Virus record (IMG/VR): IMGVR_UViG_3300034065_000151
Location: 64,001-128,000 of that record
Strand: one strand, 5' to 3'
Source of the DNA: a virus
Taxonomy: Duplodnaviria; Caudoviricetes
DNA: 64,000 bases
The position numbers and the translations under genes were made by a program. Below the pieces are notes generated by a model that was not told where the DNA came from, did not search any database, and saw only the letters and a program-made list of their open reading frames with translations. Below, piece after piece: positions 9,511-19,101 of this stretch (position 1 is its first letter; each line of letters opens with the position of its first letter).

Positions 9511-10125
9511 TTATTTCTTAGTAATTGATTCGATAAATTTACGAACTTCAGCGGCGAAATACTTCTGTGCTTTTGGATCATTCTGAACTGCTTCTGCTAA
9601 TGTCAAAATACGAGTATGTTCTTTTGCTTCACGAACTGCATCTGGATAGCAACCAGGACCTGAAGGTTGTGATACAATATCCAAAGCGATAAAACTAAAG
9701 TCTTCAACGATACCATCATTGTTAACATTACCAGTACCACGTGATGAAACACCAAGCTTCATACCACCTTCGATTAATTGCTGAACAATCAAACCAGATG
9801 GTGTATTGAAGATTTTACATTTACCAACAGCATTATTACCATCCATCCAAGCTTCAGTAATAATGTGAGAAACGTTCTTAAGATCAACTGATAAATTGTC
9901 TGGGTGATTCAACTCACCAGGACATGAAATACCTTCTTTAATCTGTTGATTGATATGAGCAACCGCATTAGCGATTTCTTTTAAAGGGTACTTACGTTTA
10001 TTCAGATTTTCTTGTTCTGCCGCCATCATGCGACCAGAAAGATATAGGTTCTTACCTGAATCATGTGACTCTACAAGTTGAGCTTGTGCAGGAGTATAAT
10101 GTTCAATAAGCAATTGTGATTTCAT
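9511..10125 (-). CDS. gp21: Prohead protease (T4 gp21-like)
   Basis: N.N.R.YP, GELNHP (catalytic His), GVSSRG.G (catalytic Ser), DIV..PS. Confidence 0.95.
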   Translation of the reverse strand: MKSQLLIEHYTPAQAQLVESHDSGKNLYLSGRMMAAEQENLNKRKYPLKEIANAVAHINQQIKEGISCPGELNHPDNLSVDLKNVSHIITEAWMDGNNAVGKCKIFNTPSGLIVQQLIEGGMKLGVSSRGTGNVNNDGIVEDFSFIALDIVSQPSGPGCYPDAVREAKEHTRILTLAEAVQNDPKAQKYFAAEVRKFIESITKK

Positions 10126-10133
10126 AGGTATAT

Positions 10134-10200
10134 ATTCCCATTAGAGTTAATAGTTTTACAAAGCTGTAACTAACACTTTATTTATTGATCTAATAGGAAT
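10134..10200 (-). promoter_or_regulatory. Late promoter AATAAATA (10179-10186) inside a 12-bp inverted repeat covering the gp21 RBS
   Basis: mRNA arms AUUCCUAUUAGA / UCUAAUGGGAAU (one G-U pair). Confidence 0.6.
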
Positions 10201-10208
10201 TGAATGAA

Positions 10209-10255
10209 TAAAATCAGTTTATATCCCATTTCTGACATATAAACTGATTTTTATT
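10209..10255 (-). terminator. Hairpin / terminator after the portal gene
   Basis: aaaatcagtttatat...atataaactgatttt inverted repeat. Confidence 0.55.
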
Positions 10256-10270
10256 AACCACTTTTAACTA

Positions 10271-11908
10271 TTAGGCTTCTTCCGGAGCTGGTGTTGCTGG
10301 TGCTTTTTCTTCAGGTGAGGCCTCTTCTGGCTCTTCTTCTGCTCCAGCTGCTTCTGGTGGTTCTTCACCACCAGCAGGTCCTACTGTTTCCTTCTTGGTT
10401 TCCACATTTGGATCATAGAACTGACGGATTTCGTCAACTGATAAACCATCTTGGATACCACGTTCTTGTTTCAATAAGGCTTCATTCATCTGGATATCAT
10501 CTTTAGTCAAACCTAAATAACGTTCCATCATGAATCGTTTAGACAAATATGGTGTATCTTCGACAGCTTTAAATGATGCAATAAGTTCAGTATCCAATGC
10601 AGCCTGACGATACAAGGCAAAGTTCTGTGGTTCAGCAAGTGTAAGTTTGAATAGATCAGGATCAATATTGATACCTGTCACTTTAAGATATGCCTTGAAG
10701 TGCTCATCAAAGACTTCCTGGATACATGATTGCAATCTGATAACAAAGTTAGCAAAAATACGTTCTTCCATATATGCCACACCAGTCTTACCATCGTTAT
10801 ATGCAGAACCTGGATTAGTTGCATCCTGTCCTTTCATGTATGATGAAGGAACACGTAAAGCACGGAAAACTTTGTTAAGGAAATAATCTAATTCTGGGAT
10901 TTCCCAGGTAGTACCACCAGGTAAAGTTTCAACACGCGAACTTCTACCTGCTGCAGTTACTGGAAGGAATATATCTTCACCGATCGATTCAGCATTGTAT
11001 TGAGAATCTGTTTGGTTTTGATTAGCAGTGTTTGGCATACGCTTTTGACGCAAGTCGTTACGGATGGTTTCCAAATGCTGTTTAACACGATGTGGTGCCA
11101 TATTACCAACATCGATATAAAATACACGACGTTCTGGGGCACGAACAATACGATAGATAATCGCAGAGTCTTCCAACATGGTTAACTTTTGGTAATCTTT
11201 AAAAGCTGACTGTAATATGGAAAGACCAAATGGTGCAGTATCACTCATATCATCAGATAGAGTAAAGTGTAGCATCGCAATAGCTGGGGTAATTTCAACT
11301 GAATCAGAAGCTGATGCAGTTGCTGAACCTGGTTTCATTGCCTTAACAGAATCCATGAAACTTGATGGACGGATATGGTAAGCAACCTTTTCACCTTGGG
11401 CATTAATTTCAACACCAATTACTCGGGTTGGATCTACATATTCCCATTGTTCAGTATCAGAAGTCTTGCGAAAAAAGCAATCACCATACTTAACCATTTG
11501 ACGGGCAGTATTGTAAACACGTTTGTTAAGTTTGTGGAATCTTGACCAGTGGCGAAGTGCTGCTCTTAAGGTAGTAACAGTGGTATCAGGAATTTCTTGA
11601 TTTTCTTCGGTTTGATAATCAATGATAAATGGTAGGCTTGTACGTTTATCAGGATTTGAAATTTCTTCAGCAATAATATCAAGGGCACGTGAGATATCAC
11701 CAATGTCCATGGCATCATATTGTTTATAGCGTTGAAGACGGGCAGTAGCACCTTTTAATAGATTTGAAAACCAAGCAACAGTAGAGAATGATGAATACCC
11801 TGCTGAGTTGATATTCATACCATCATCCATGTTAATGGTAGGTTGTGAATACGCTGTCTTACGAGATGCTGGAGTTATAATTTTCCAGTAATTTTCCCAT
11901 TGAGCCAT
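10271..11908 (-). CDS. gp20: Portal protein (T4 gp20-like)
   Basis: LEDSAIIYRIVRAPERRVFYIDVGNM, EDIFLP, VETLPGG, ALRVP.S motifs. Confidence 0.97.
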   Translation of the reverse strand: MAQWENYWKIITPASRKTAYSQPTINMDDGMNINSAGYSSFSTVAWFSNLLKGATARLQRYKQYDAMDIGDISRALDIIAEEISNPDKRTSLPFIIDYQTEENQEIPDTTVTTLRAALRHWSRFHKLNKRVYNTARQMVKYGDCFFRKTSDTEQWEYVDPTRVIGVEINAQGEKVAYHIRPSSFMDSVKAMKPGSATASASDSVEITPAIAMLHFTLSDDMSDTAPFGLSILQSAFKDYQKLTMLEDSAIIYRIVRAPERRVFYIDVGNMAPHRVKQHLETIRNDLRQKRMPNTANQNQTDSQYNAESIGEDIFLPVTAAGRSSRVETLPGGTTWEIPELDYFLNKVFRALRVPSSYMKGQDATNPGSAYNDGKTGVAYMEERIFANFVIRLQSCIQEVFDEHFKAYLKVTGINIDPDLFKLTLAEPQNFALYRQAALDTELIASFKAVEDTPYLSKRFMMERYLGLTKDDIQMNEALLKQERGIQDGLSVDEIRQFYDPNVETKKETVGPAGGEEPPEAAGAEEEPEEASPEEKAPATPAPEEA

Positions 11909-11939
11909 TGTTTATATCTTTATAAAATATGTAATACTA

Positions 11940-11968
11940 TATTTATAAAACCCCAGAAGGGGTTTTAT
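11940..11968 (-). promoter_or_regulatory. Terminator hairpin immediately followed by late promoter TATAAATA (11940-11947) for the portal gene
   Basis: aaaacccc-agaa-ggggtttt plus tatttata. Confidence 0.7.
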
Positions 11969-11974
11969 CAGCAA

Positions 11975-12562
11975 TTAGCTTAACTGTTTCTTTAGGGAAG
12001 CTAAACGTTTGTCGTAGCCTTTACCCCAAGATTTGATATAGGATAGGAATTTTGCCCCAAGAGATTTAAGTGTATCAAGGACACCTTCTTCAACTTTAGA
12101 TTTGAAGGTTAACTTAGGAACTGTATCGGTAGGTGGAACAATAGTTGTATATTTCTTAGTGATTTCCTTGAGCTTTTCAGTAAGTTCAGGAACCATTTCT
12201 TCTAATTCTTTGACAATCTTTTCATAGTCAATAACAATCTTATCTGGTTTTCCTTCTTTCTTTTCAGATTTAGATAAGGTAAGTGTATAGGAAACTGTCT
12301 CAATAACACGAGTTAAGACTTGATCTTCAGCATCAAAAAGAGCAAGGATTTTATCTTTCATTTGAGCATTAACTTCTTCACGGCACTTTGCCAAGATCTT
12401 AGCCTGCTCATCAAGGATTTCATATTTTGTTGACAATTTGGTAAACATACCAGATTGGTTACCTTCTAATTCAATAGTAACTCTATCCAAAACGTTCTTT
12501 ACACGTTTTTCAGTATATTTTAAGTCTGGTGATCTTGCTTCAAATAGTTCTGCTACTTTCAT
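11975..12562 (-). CDS. Hypothetical coiled-coil protein with capsid-targeting-like N-terminus
   Basis: MKVAELFEAR start; TATAAATA at 12593-12600. Confidence 0.65.
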   Translation of the reverse strand: MKVAELFEARSPDLKYTEKRVKNVLDRVTIELEGNQSGMFTKLSTKYEILDEQAKILAKCREEVNAQMKDKILALFDAEDQVLTRVIETVSYTLTLSKSEKKEGKPDKIVIDYEKIVKELEEMVPELTEKLKEITKKYTTIVPPTDTVPKLTFKSKVEEGVLDTLKSLGAKFLSYIKSWGKGYDKRLASLKKQLS

Positions 12563-12621
12563 TATTACTCCGATAAAGGTATTAAGTTTACTTATTTATA
12601 GTTTTTAAGACTCTTGATCTT

Positions 12622-12876
12622 CTAAAAATCGTTTATATTCACTATTATAAAATGGTTTTTGGCAATAGTTGCTTCACCTTTTGGCCATGGTTTTTTAAGA
12701 ATATCCAATGCATACATGTAAGCATATTCTGGGTCTTTGGCAAGGGCATCTTCACGCTTCTTTAATTCTTTTGGGTCATGACTATATTTGTTCCAAACAA
12801 TATCCGGTACAACTTCATCAGCTTGTTTATGACCATGAATTAAATGGGGATTTTTATGAAACTGATATAGATTCAT
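12622..12876 (-). CDS. Helical-repeat family protein (MNLY-type, 1 repeat)
   Basis: Clear paralog of the 38.1-42.4 kb array. Confidence 0.75.
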   Translation of the reverse strand: MNLYQFHKNPHLIHGHKQADEVVPDIVWNKYSHDPKELKKREDALAKDPEYAYMYALDILKKPWPKGEATIAKNHFIIVNINDF

Positions 12877-15692
12877 TACTTACTTCCCCCTTTGATATAG
12901 TTATTCACTGTACCAGGAGCTGGAGGTGTTCTATTAGAAACCTGTTCGGTTCCTGTATTCACAACCACCTGTTGCATTAATGATACTAACTGGATCATAT
13001 TGTCATTAATATCTGAAAGGTATTCATGGGCTTTAATATCTGTGGTTGTAGTTTGCCCTGCTGCTGTAACTGTTGCTTCATCAGGACCACTTAAAGCCCC
13101 TGCAGCTGCTTCACCACTGACATTACCTAATGCACTACCGCCCCAAGCACCAAGGCCCGCACCAATCAATCCACCAATAACTGTTCCTACTATCGGAACA
13201 ACAGAACCAAGTGCTGCACCAGCAGCCATACCACCCCAAGCACCAAGACCACCACCTAAAGCACCACCAAGTGCTCCACCTTTTGCTTTGTTTGCTTGTC
13301 TATGTGTAATCTCGCCAGATGCTTCTTTATCAGCGGCGGTTGAATAACCTTCATAACCTTCATATAAGGATCCTACTATAGCTAATGGAACTGCTGCTCG
13401 ACCAAGAACCTTCCCAGCCATACTACCAGCACCTTTTAATAATCCCAATGCTCCGGCACCTTTACTAGCAACTTGTGATGCTTCAGCAGCAATAACAGAT
13501 TCACCTGCCCCAGCAACTGCCCCACCACCTTTACCAAATAATCCTTTAATACCATTAACAATTCCACCACCTTTACCACCGAGACTTAATCCGGCAGCAC
13601 TGGCTTGCACCGCTAAACCAAGTAAAGCAACTGAAGCAGCACTTAAGCCACCTAAGAAACTATTACTCATAAATGATGATACTTTGTTAATTGCATCAGC
13701 AGCATCAGCAACCATTGCATTTGGTTGTGCTGCTTTTGCGGCTGCGGCTGCTTGCTCTGGTGTGTATCCTAAATTAGCACGAGCAGCTTTTTCAGTAACT
13801 GAACCTTGATCTTCTTGTGCACCATATGCACCTATCCCATGAAGATTAGATGTAAGCATTTCCATCATCTGAGTACCGGCAACATTCTGTCCTTGTGCAC
13901 CAATACTCTTTTGTGCGGCTATACCAACTTCACCTAATGTCTTATTAAGCCATGCGGAATCCGCTTGACTAGCATTACGACCTAATTGCATAATTTGCAT
14001 TGCTCGCATTGAGTCAGCTGGACTCCGTCCCTGCATCTGCATTTGCATAGCAACTTTAGCAGCTGATTCATTACGGGATTTAACATCCATATGTTTAGCA
14101 GCTTCTTGGGTTTTGATCATTTCTTGAGCTTGCTCAATACTGATACCCTTCATGACTAAATCTTCACGTTGGGCTTTCAATCCCTCAAAATACATTCCGG
14201 CTTGTTCTTTACCCAAGCCCATCATTGTGTTTGTTATATCTTGATTGGATAATAAATCACCATTCAATTTAATAAATTCTGTTGCTGTAATTCCAAGGAT
14301 ACCTTGTAACTTCTGAAATCCGGTCATTGACTTACTTACATAATCATTTAACTTAGATTGGTTCTGTACATCAACACCTGCTGATGCTGCTTCTGCAATA
14401 GCAGGACCAATCATACTAGCTGACTGTGCAGCAGTAAATCCAAAATGTTTAAATGTAGAACCTAATTGATTTGTTAATTGTGAAAATCCTGCGGCACCAT
14501 ACAATGCCATTGTCTGTTGGTTTTCTTTTAAGAACTTTGTGGTTTCTTCAAAAGACATACCCATTGCAATAGCTTGGCTTTTAACCTGCATAAAGGAAGC
14601 AGGAATATGCTGGACATTAAAGTCACCAATTTCTTTAGCAGCAACTATAGCAACTTCTTTAACCTTACTAAGGGCGGCAAGGACGGCAGCAGTTTCACCA
14701 GCAGCCATTAATTTGTCTTGTAAAGAAGAACCAGTAATAGCACGACCAGCTTTATTAAATATAGAATCAGTCGCACCATGGGCCACCTTATCTAAACCAA
14801 GCGCTGCATTATCTGCATCTGTAGAAAGTTTACCTAAAGCTGTTCCTAATTGAATATCACTAATTCTGGCAAGTTTCTTTAAACCATCAGCAGTTACTTC
14901 ACCATTTTTAGTTATGCCTTCAAATGATTCACCAAGATCAAAACCAGCTGCTGATAATTGAAGTAAAGCATTACGTTGACCTTCAGGAGTTTTACCACTT
15001 TCGGAGATGATACCTTGAGCTTCACCTAATTTCATTCTTAATTTAGAGAAGTCTTCCGGAGATAGATTTCTACGAAGTTCACCAGTATATTTGTCCATCA
15101 ATCCAGTACTTGACAGGATACTCTTATTATTCTGTGTCAATCCTTTAACAGAATTACTAAGTTGACTGATATAATCTTTATAGTGAGCTGAACCCTTTTC
15201 AAAACCTTTATGAGTTTCTAAAAGAGATGCACTAAGTAATGAGGAGTTACGTTGTGTTTGTGTTAATGTATCTTGGAAATTACCGGTTGCTTTTGTTAAT
15301 TCTTTAAGGGCAACTGACTGGCCATGGAAGCCTAATCTGGATAATTTATTGATTTCTTCACCAAGAGAATCATAATATTCAGTAGATTTTTTGATAGTTT
15401 TATTATATTCTACTAATGTGTCTTGACCATCTTGTGTTTCTTTGATCTGCTTATCAGTCATATTACTAAGTTTTTTAGACTTTTCATTCAACTCTTTCAT
15501 GATCTTAGCATGAGCAGATACCTGAACAAATAGCTCATCTTGAGCTTTTGCCGAATCATTTCTGTTTCTGGCACCACCACCCCAAGCACTACTAGCACTA
15601 CTAGTATTACCACCCTTACCTGCCATAGCATCAGCAAAGGCTTTAGACATAGCCTTCGTTAGGTCATTAAAATCAGTCTTATCAAGTGCCAT
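12876..15692 (-). CDS. Tape-measure / baseplate hub protein (gp29-like)
   Basis: 938 aa, helical and Ala/Gln/Gly-rich, C-terminal glycine-zipper hydrophobic segments; divergent from gp26. Confidence 0.7.
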   Translation of the reverse strand: MALDKTDFNDLTKAMSKAFADAMAGKGGNTSSASSAWGGGARNRNDSAKAQDELFVQVSAHAKIMKELNEKSKKLSNMTDKQIKETQDGQDTLVEYNKTIKKSTEYYDSLGEEINKLSRLGFHGQSVALKELTKATGNFQDTLTQTQRNSSLLSASLLETHKGFEKGSAHYKDYISQLSNSVKGLTQNNKSILSSTGLMDKYTGELRRNLSPEDFSKLRMKLGEAQGIISESGKTPEGQRNALLQLSAAGFDLGESFEGITKNGEVTADGLKKLARISDIQLGTALGKLSTDADNAALGLDKVAHGATDSIFNKAGRAITGSSLQDKLMAAGETAAVLAALSKVKEVAIVAAKEIGDFNVQHIPASFMQVKSQAIAMGMSFEETTKFLKENQQTMALYGAAGFSQLTNQLGSTFKHFGFTAAQSASMIGPAIAEAASAGVDVQNQSKLNDYVSKSMTGFQKLQGILGITATEFIKLNGDLLSNQDITNTMMGLGKEQAGMYFEGLKAQREDLVMKGISIEQAQEMIKTQEAAKHMDVKSRNESAAKVAMQMQMQGRSPADSMRAMQIMQLGRNASQADSAWLNKTLGEVGIAAQKSIGAQGQNVAGTQMMEMLTSNLHGIGAYGAQEDQGSVTEKAARANLGYTPEQAAAAAKAAQPNAMVADAADAINKVSSFMSNSFLGGLSAASVALLGLAVQASAAGLSLGGKGGGIVNGIKGLFGKGGGAVAGAGESVIAAEASQVASKGAGALGLLKGAGSMAGKVLGRAAVPLAIVGSLYEGYEGYSTAADKEASGEITHRQANKAKGGALGGALGGGLGAWGGMAAGAALGSVVPIVGTVIGGLIGAGLGAWGGSALGNVSGEAAAGALSGPDEATVTAAGQTTTTDIKAHEYLSDINDNMIQLVSLMQQVVVNTGTEQVSNRTPPAPGTVNNYIKGGSK

Positions 15693-15722
15693 AAAGGGTA
15701 ATTTCCTAAGTGTTTAGTTTGT

Positions 15723-15749
15723 TATAAATATAAGCATAATATATTTATT
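15723..15749. promoter_or_regulatory. Pair of opposed late promoters (TATAAATA + at 15723-15730; AATAAATA - at 15742-15749)
   Basis: Located between the divergent tape-measure and gp26 genes. Confidence 0.65.
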
Positions 15750-15784
15750 GTTAAATCATATATCTAAAATATAGGAGTCTCCGC

Positions 15785-16570
15785 ATGTCAGAAACCAATC
15801 CCCTCATTGCCAATCTTAAACTTCCAGGTCGAATCTTTCAGCTTCCATCTCGTGGTGAATTCTATAAGAATGGTGAACTATCAGCTGATGTCAGAGATGG
15901 TGAAATTCATATTCACCCAATGGCCGCACTTGATGAAATTAACATGAAAAACCCTGATCAATTGTTCTCTGGTGCTGCAGTTAATACAGTATTCAAACAA
16001 TGTATCTCAGGTATTGAAAAGCCAGCAGAACTATTATCTAAAGATGTTGATGCCATTATGATGTACCTTCGGGTAGTTACCTATGGTCCAACCTATGAAT
16101 TCAATGCTCGTCACTTCTGTGAAGGCGGTAAAGAACACTCATATATCGCTGATATCGATACAATGATTAATACTATGACAATTATTGATCCGACAACTAT
16201 TGAAGATAATTATACTGTTACTTTACAGAATGGTCAAGTTGTAAAATTACAACCAAATAAGTATCAACAGGTTTTGGATTTGATTAAACTGAATAGTAAT
16301 AAAACAGAGATAACTGCAGAAGATCAGCAGAAGAATTTGATTATGATGATGATGGGTGTTATCAAGTCAGTTGACGATATTACTGATATCGTAAAGATTG
16401 AAGAATGGACAAAGAAAATACCTTCACCAATGGTGAATCGTATTGCTAAGAAAGTAGAGAATGTGAATAGTTGGGGTCCAACATTGAAATGGACCTGTAA
16501 CTGTAAAGATTGTGGTAAGGATTTTGAAGTTGAAATCCCTATCAACCCAATATCTTTCTTCACCGAATAA
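15785..16570 (+). CDS. gp26: Baseplate hub assembly protein (T4 gp26-like)
   Basis: LPSRG.FY, D.DAI...LR..TYG, C-terminal CKDC and PISFF. Confidence 0.8.
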   Translation: MSETNPLIANLKLPGRIFQLPSRGEFYKNGELSADVRDGEIHIHPMAALDEINMKNPDQLFSGAAVNTVFKQCISGIEKPAELLSKDVDAIMMYLRVVTYGPTYEFNARHFCEGGKEHSYIADIDTMINTMTIIDPTTIEDNYTVTLQNGQVVKLQPNKYQQVLDLIKLNSNKTEITAEDQQKNLIMMMMGVIKSVDDITDIVKIEEWTKKIPSPMVNRIAKKVENVNSWGPTLKWTCNCKDCGKDFEVEIPINPISFFTE

Positions 16571-16584
16571 TAAACATTGGGGAT

Positions 16585-16791
16585 ATGCCAGCGGTTAATA
16601 AGTTGATTAAACGCTTAGGTAATGAAGTTAAGAATATAGTTAAGTCCGCCCTTGAAATTTCATACTTTTCAAGAGGAGCTTGGGGATATCATGAAGTGCT
16701 GATGATGTCTCAGGGGGAAAGGGAATTGGCAGTTGACTTTATTAACGAACGACTTAAAATAGCTTCTACCTCGCACTTCCCAGTTTATTGA
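16585..16791 (+). CDS. gp51-like hub assembly protein (possible -1 frameshift extension of gp26)
   Basis: Y.EV.MMS..ER.L...FI pattern directly after gp26. Confidence 0.6.
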   Translation: MPAVNKLIKRLGNEVKNIVKSALEISYFSRGAWGYHEVLMMSQGERELAVDFINERLKIASTSHFPVY

Positions 16792-16858
16792 TCCCAGGAA
16801 TTCAAGCCAACTTATAATGGGAAGTTTAGCGTGCTTAAGCTGTTTAAAATTAAGTTTT

Positions 16859-16889
16859 AAAAAAGGACCTTCAATAGGTCCTTTTTTTT
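16859..16889. terminator. Bidirectional terminator between convergent genes
   Basis: aaaaaaggacct-tcaat-aggtcctttttttt. Confidence 0.85.
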
Positions 16890-18168
16890 ATGCTTCCATA
16901 TAACTCGGTGCTTGATCCACACTAACTCGCACACCTGTTATTAGTAATACATGATCCACCAGTTGCTGGGGTTCCATATCAGATTTGATTCCATCTAGCC
17001 CATCATGTAACATCAATCCGGTTTGACCGATCGCATTCCAAATGGCATACCGACTTACTCGTTCCCAATCAAAATACAATTTGAAAATCTGTTTCTGATT
17101 CTTGGCTGTTGGTGGTAACTTCAATAAATGAATACACAAATCCCTTTTGGCAGCTTTAAACTGTCTGGTAATAGAAGCAAGTCTCTTACCAATATTAAGA
17201 AGTTCAGATGGAAGTAATTGTGAATTAGCTTGTAATATAATATTGACAGCTTCAGAATATCCCGCACCACTCACCATCATTCTTGGTGATATAGTAGAAC
17301 CATTAGCTAATGCCATTACTAACTTCTTAACAACATTGATATTATCTGATGTTGGTTCAAGCTTGAGTAAATGACAGAGTTCCCAACGGAAGGCAACTTT
17401 TTCACGATCAGCTCTTAAAATATCTGGATATAACATTTCTAAAGATTTTTGATTATCCTTATACTTTTCTTCCAGATGAGTAATCAGGAATTGACAATAA
17501 GAATTCTCAATATCAATGACATCACCAAATAAAGCTGTACGTAACCAACCTGGCCAACATTCAATAGATTTAATTGGCCAAACTGATTTATCTCTTGCTT
17601 GGAGTATTCCACTCTTTTCAAAATAGAAATCAATAGGTCCATCATGTTTGAATAACCAATTGATAGCTGGAAGTAGATCCTCTCGATTAGTTCTTTTTAA
17701 TTCAGCCCTGACATGAGTCTGAGCCTTTTTATCTACTTGAACTTGGCTGATGGTATAGTCACCGAGTGGTTTGATACCAGGAGAAAATCGAACTTCATGG
17801 ATGATAGCTTCAATGGCTTCAATCATATCCATATTAAGTTTCTTAGGACTTATTAAGGTGGGACTTTTCAAACCATTATTGAAGTTGAAACCCAACCGAG
17901 TGATAGTAAAGAAGTGTTCAAGAATGACCTTAGCATCCTTTACTTGACGGGTTAGATTGGTGAGAAGGACTTCTTCGTTGATGAACCCAGGAGCTGCACT
18001 ATTTTGTTGGATACAATGATACCATGCAATGGCAATAGACAAGATGAGGTCTTGTCTTTGTTTACGTTTATTCCACCAAGTACCACTAATTCTAAAAAAA
18101 TTACCCACGTAAAGTGGGCAATCTCTCCGAAATATTTGATCTGTTTTTACTGCATGAAAAAGAAGCAT
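16888..18168 (-). CDS. Uncharacterised protein with a family-A polymerase-like palm domain
   Basis: Motif A-like IDIENSY, motif B-like VKKLVMALANG and motif C-like MLHDGL in the expected order. Confidence 0.5.
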   Translation of the reverse strand: MLLFHAVKTDQIFRRDCPLYVGNFFRISGTWWNKRKQRQDLILSIAIAWYHCIQQNSAAPGFINEEVLLTNLTRQVKDAKVILEHFFTITRLGFNFNNGLKSPTLISPKKLNMDMIEAIEAIIHEVRFSPGIKPLGDYTISQVQVDKKAQTHVRAELKRTNREDLLPAINWLFKHDGPIDFYFEKSGILQARDKSVWPIKSIECWPGWLRTALFGDVIDIENSYCQFLITHLEEKYKDNQKSLEMLYPDILRADREKVAFRWELCHLLKLEPTSDNINVVKKLVMALANGSTISPRMMVSGAGYSEAVNIILQANSQLLPSELLNIGKRLASITRQFKAAKRDLCIHLLKLPPTAKNQKQIFKLYFDWERVSRYAIWNAIGQTGLMLHDGLDGIKSDMEPQQLVDHVLLITGVRVSVDQAPSYMEA

Positions 18169-18170
18169 AG

Positions 18171-18656
18171 TTAGTCGTTAGGTTGAAAGGCTGCTAAGTA
18201 GTCAGTTAATGTAATGACTAATTCATCATAAGAATGAACTACAGGAATATCATATCTATGACAGACAATATCCACATTACCTTTACAATAAAATCCATGA
18301 GGACAACATACAATGACATTATCCCAATCCCGATTTGCTGATAGTCCCAACTCCATAAGAGTTATAGGAGATTTGGTATTAGGATCAAAATAGAATACGG
18401 TTATTTGAGCAGATTCCAATCCATTTAATTCCCAAGTAACTTGTTCATTAAATTGTGGATTTTCAAATTCTTGTACCCATGAGGCATCCCAATCAGTACG
18501 TCTTGGATTCAAAAAGAGAACAGAAAAGTCTCTAAAATCATTTACAAGACGTTCTTGCCATGGTTCAGCTAGCCCCATCTCAATTGATCCTGTCAAAAAT
18601 ACTTTTGGCAAGTGGGGATATACATTGATATTGTTTGGGGCTTTGACTTCAATCAT
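18171..18656 (-). CDS. Nucleoside 2-deoxyribosyltransferase-like protein
   Basis: VFLTGSI...WQ, LNPRR..W, QV.WEL, SPITLMELG, KGNVDIVC. Confidence 0.85.
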   Translation of the reverse strand: MIEVKAPNNINVYPHLPKVFLTGSIEMGLAEPWQERLVNDFRDFSVLFLNPRRTDWDASWVQEFENPQFNEQVTWELNGLESAQITVFYFDPNTKSPITLMELGLSANRDWDNVIVCCPHGFYCKGNVDIVCHRYDIPVVHSYDELVITLTDYLAAFQPND

Positions 18657-18919
18657 TATGCATGACCAAGAACAGCTTCAATACCATCACGCTTCATACG
18701 ACGGTATACAGCTTTAGGACATTTTGGATCAAGAGTGACCGAATTGTGAATTTCAATTTGTGGCTGCATTTCTTTATGACCTTTGGCAGTTTTACCTTCT
18801 TTCATAACAGTCACTTTATGCTGGACATAACCGTAACGGGTATAAGCACCTTCAAGCACACCAGTTTTAACTAATTGGCGAACGATAATACGTAATGCTT
18901 TGGCTTTCTTTTGATTCAT
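18656..18919 (-). CDS. Hypothetical basic protein
   Basis: ORF track; coupled overlaps on both sides. Confidence 0.6.
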   Translation of the reverse strand: MNQKKAKALRIIVRQLVKTGVLEGAYTRYGYVQHKVTVMKEGKTAKGHKEMQPQIEIHNSVTLDPKCPKAVYRRMKRDGIEAVLGHA

Positions 18920-19092
18920 TTTATTTCCTTGGTTGAATTGAGAACTTCTACAAAATTGATTGCTGCTTGTTTTACATCTTCTTCATATGCTCGTTGGGAT
19001 TTTACTGCTGGAACCAAATCACTAACAATTTCCTGAATTTTTTCTTCAGGCAAATTACCAACATCCACATAAAAAATTCTTCGATTACTCAT
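18916..19092 (-). CDS. 58-aa protein beginning with a portal clip-domain motif
   Basis: Below the ORF-track cutoff. MSNRRIFYVDVGNLPEEKIQEIV...; AAGGA RBS; ATGA overlap with the next gene. Confidence 0.75.
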   Translation of the reverse strand: MSNRRIFYVDVGNLPEEKIQEIVSDLVPAVKSQRAYEEDVKQAAINFVEVLNSTKEIK

Positions 19093-19101
19093 CTTATTTC
19101 C

